64,000 nt of DNA from Isurus oxyrinchus (Eukaryota): the NCBI GenBank assembly GCA_026770705.1, contig JANJGN010000646.1:124001-188000 (forward strand). The letters are read 5' to 3'. This document shows, piece by piece, positions 63,415-64,000 of the stretch. The position numbers and the translations under genes are program-made. Every line of letters begins with the position of its first letter. The stretch's first letter is position 1. The notes beneath the pieces are model-generated. The model was not told the origin of the DNA, did no database searches, and worked only from the letters and a program-made list of their open reading frames with translations.

Positions 63415-63915
63415 TCTGTATCTTAACCCCATCCACCCGCCTCGGTTCTGTAACCCTTAACCCCCCGACCCAACAAACATCTCCCAATCTCAGTTTTGAA
63501 ATTTACAATTGACCCCTCCCAGTCTCGACAGCTTTTTCTGGGGGAGAGAGTTCCAGATTTCCACCCCCGCTTTGTGTGAAGAAGTGCTTCCTGACATCAC
63601 CCCGTGAACGGCCTGGCTCCAATGTTAATGTTCTGCTCCCTTGTTCTGAACCCTCCTCACCTCAACCCCATCGAGGAAATAGTTTCTCTCTATTGCCCGT
63701 AACAAAGCCTTTAATCAACTTAAACCCCTCGATTAGATCACCCCTTAATCTTCGAGACTCGAGGGACCACAAGCCTGGTCTGTGCAACCTGTCCTCGGGA
63801 TTTAACCCTTTCAGACCCGGGATCATCCTGGTGACTCTGCACAGTACCCCCTCCAAGGACAATATATCCTTCCTAAGCTGCTGGACCCAGAACTGAACCC
63901 AGTGACTCCAGATTG
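63415..63915 (-). mobile_element. CR1 LINE 3' fragment
   Basis: GLWSLESRRLRGDLIEGFK on -. Confidence 0.8.
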
Positions 63916-64000
63916 GATGTGAGGGGACCTTAATAAAACTGTGCCAGACACTTCAAAAATCTCTTCAATTCAACCTTGTAAACGCAGTAGGAAAAATCCC

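Overview
Eukaryotic, repeat-rich vertebrate DNA, most likely from a shark or other cartilaginous fish (inferred from the SINE/CR1/L2 repeats and the 33-bp minisatellite). Most ORF-track entries are spurious, so the genes were rebuilt by hand from splice sites. Positions 1-43 kb hold a tandem cluster of Siglec (CD22/MAG/CD33-like) Ig-superfamily genes on the + strand. Locus 1 (5' end outside the window) is V-C2-C2-TM with a tyrosine-motif tail ending in the ITIM-consensus SVYGNL, i.e. inhibitory type. Locus 2 (~8.1-28.6 kb) has two promoter/leader modules, two V-set exons, two intact C2 exons nearly identical to locus 1, and a TM exon with an intramembrane Arg and a 12-aa tail, i.e. activating type. 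Locus 3 (~30.9-43 kb) is a segmental duplicate of locus 2, with a stop in one V exon, a frameshifted C2 exon and no TM exon (pseudogene). The four V exons vary in the ligand-binding loops and are reciprocal mosaics. Together this looks like a paired activating/inhibitory Siglec-like system shaped by gene conversion. Positions 43-64 kb are mostly LINE/SINE fragments, minisatellites and N gaps, plus a candidate decayed 3-exon secreted prepropeptide gene on the minus strand (~50.6-53.0 kb). Exon structures are predictions from sequence only.
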